A stretch of 63,049 nt of DNA, from positions 1 through 63,049 of the forward strand of contig JAUCBJ010006300.1 in assembly GCA_032718475.1 (NCBI GenBank). Reading direction: 5' to 3'. The notes beneath the pieces were generated by a model. The model did not search any database. It saw only the letters and a list, made by a program, of their open reading frames with translations, and was not told the origin of the DNA. A program made the translations under genes and the position numbers. Position 1 is the stretch's first letter. Each line of letters begins with the position of its first letter. Source of the DNA: Nemertoderma westbladi (Eukaryota; Animalia; Xenacoelomorpha). Positions 62,401 through 63,049 of this stretch are shown here, in pieces.

Positions 62401-63049
62401 AGATTATATATATACACAATATTCTGGAACATTTGTTTATCTGCTGCGTACTAGTATTATTATATACAGTAGGTATTGTATTGTTGCCCAGCTACTGATT
62501 AGTTACATATTAGAATGTAGAATAAATGGACTCCATCACAGCTCACGCAAAATATGTAACTTTCAACGCCCATTATAACTGCCATATCTCAGATATTCCT
62601 TTTGAAAAATTCTGAATTTATTACATTATTTAGTTTCCCTTCAACAACGTCATCTTACATTCGTTATCGAAGGTCGACTGGGATACCTATTTAAAGCGCT
62701 TGTAGGTAAGGATTGAAAGCGAAGGCGGGTTGATACAGTATCTCGACACGGGGAATTAACAAAATATTTAATTATCAATAAATTTGTTTTAGTTATTCTA
62801 ACGAAAACAATATAAGCGAAATTGTGGGGATATGAAAATACACCTTATATTATCAGACTTACATTGTCAGGGCAAAAACAGTTCATCGTGTATGGAAATA
62901 TGCGATAGGGTTGGGAAGGATAGAAATGTACGTAGGAGTTAATAGTTATACTGTAATACCCGATCAGAGTTTGTTACGATTATTTGAATTTTAAATTGTA
63001 TATACAAAGTGTAAAAAGTGCCGGGGACATATGATATGGTGTCCCCCCC

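Overview
AT-rich eukaryotic (probably invertebrate animal) genomic DNA that is mostly transposon-derived. It carries two host genes: an intronless-CDS GT31 beta-1,3-glycosyltransferase (5483-6487) and a six-exon type II membrane M1 zinc aminopeptidase (31409-59473, about 1038 aa, GAMEN and HELAH-X18-E motifs). Three members of one BEL/Pao-related LTR retrotransposon family are present: copy A is a 3' end (1-1936), copy B is complete (11057-24732, TSD TGTTC) and copy C has lost almost all of its 3' LTR (33905-44656, TSD GGTAC). Copies B and C encode Gag plus protease, have RT and integrase deleted in frame, and carry an orphan 3' ORF. The most striking signal is that they have no tRNA primer-binding site. 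The 11 nt next to the 5' LTR are instead the exact reverse complement of an 11-mer inside the LTR, and the two sites co-vary between copies, which suggests Tf1-like self-primed reverse transcription. The 3' half of the LTR also shows compensatory base-pair changes. Aminopeptidase intron 4 is a 9.1-kb minisatellite built from the exon end plus its own splice donor. Other content includes a Helentron-like tandem array rich in RFX X-box motifs, piggyBac-like, Mutator-like and foldback elements, LINE fragments and a tRNA-derived SINE-like repeat. All alignments and counts were done by eye and no searches were run.
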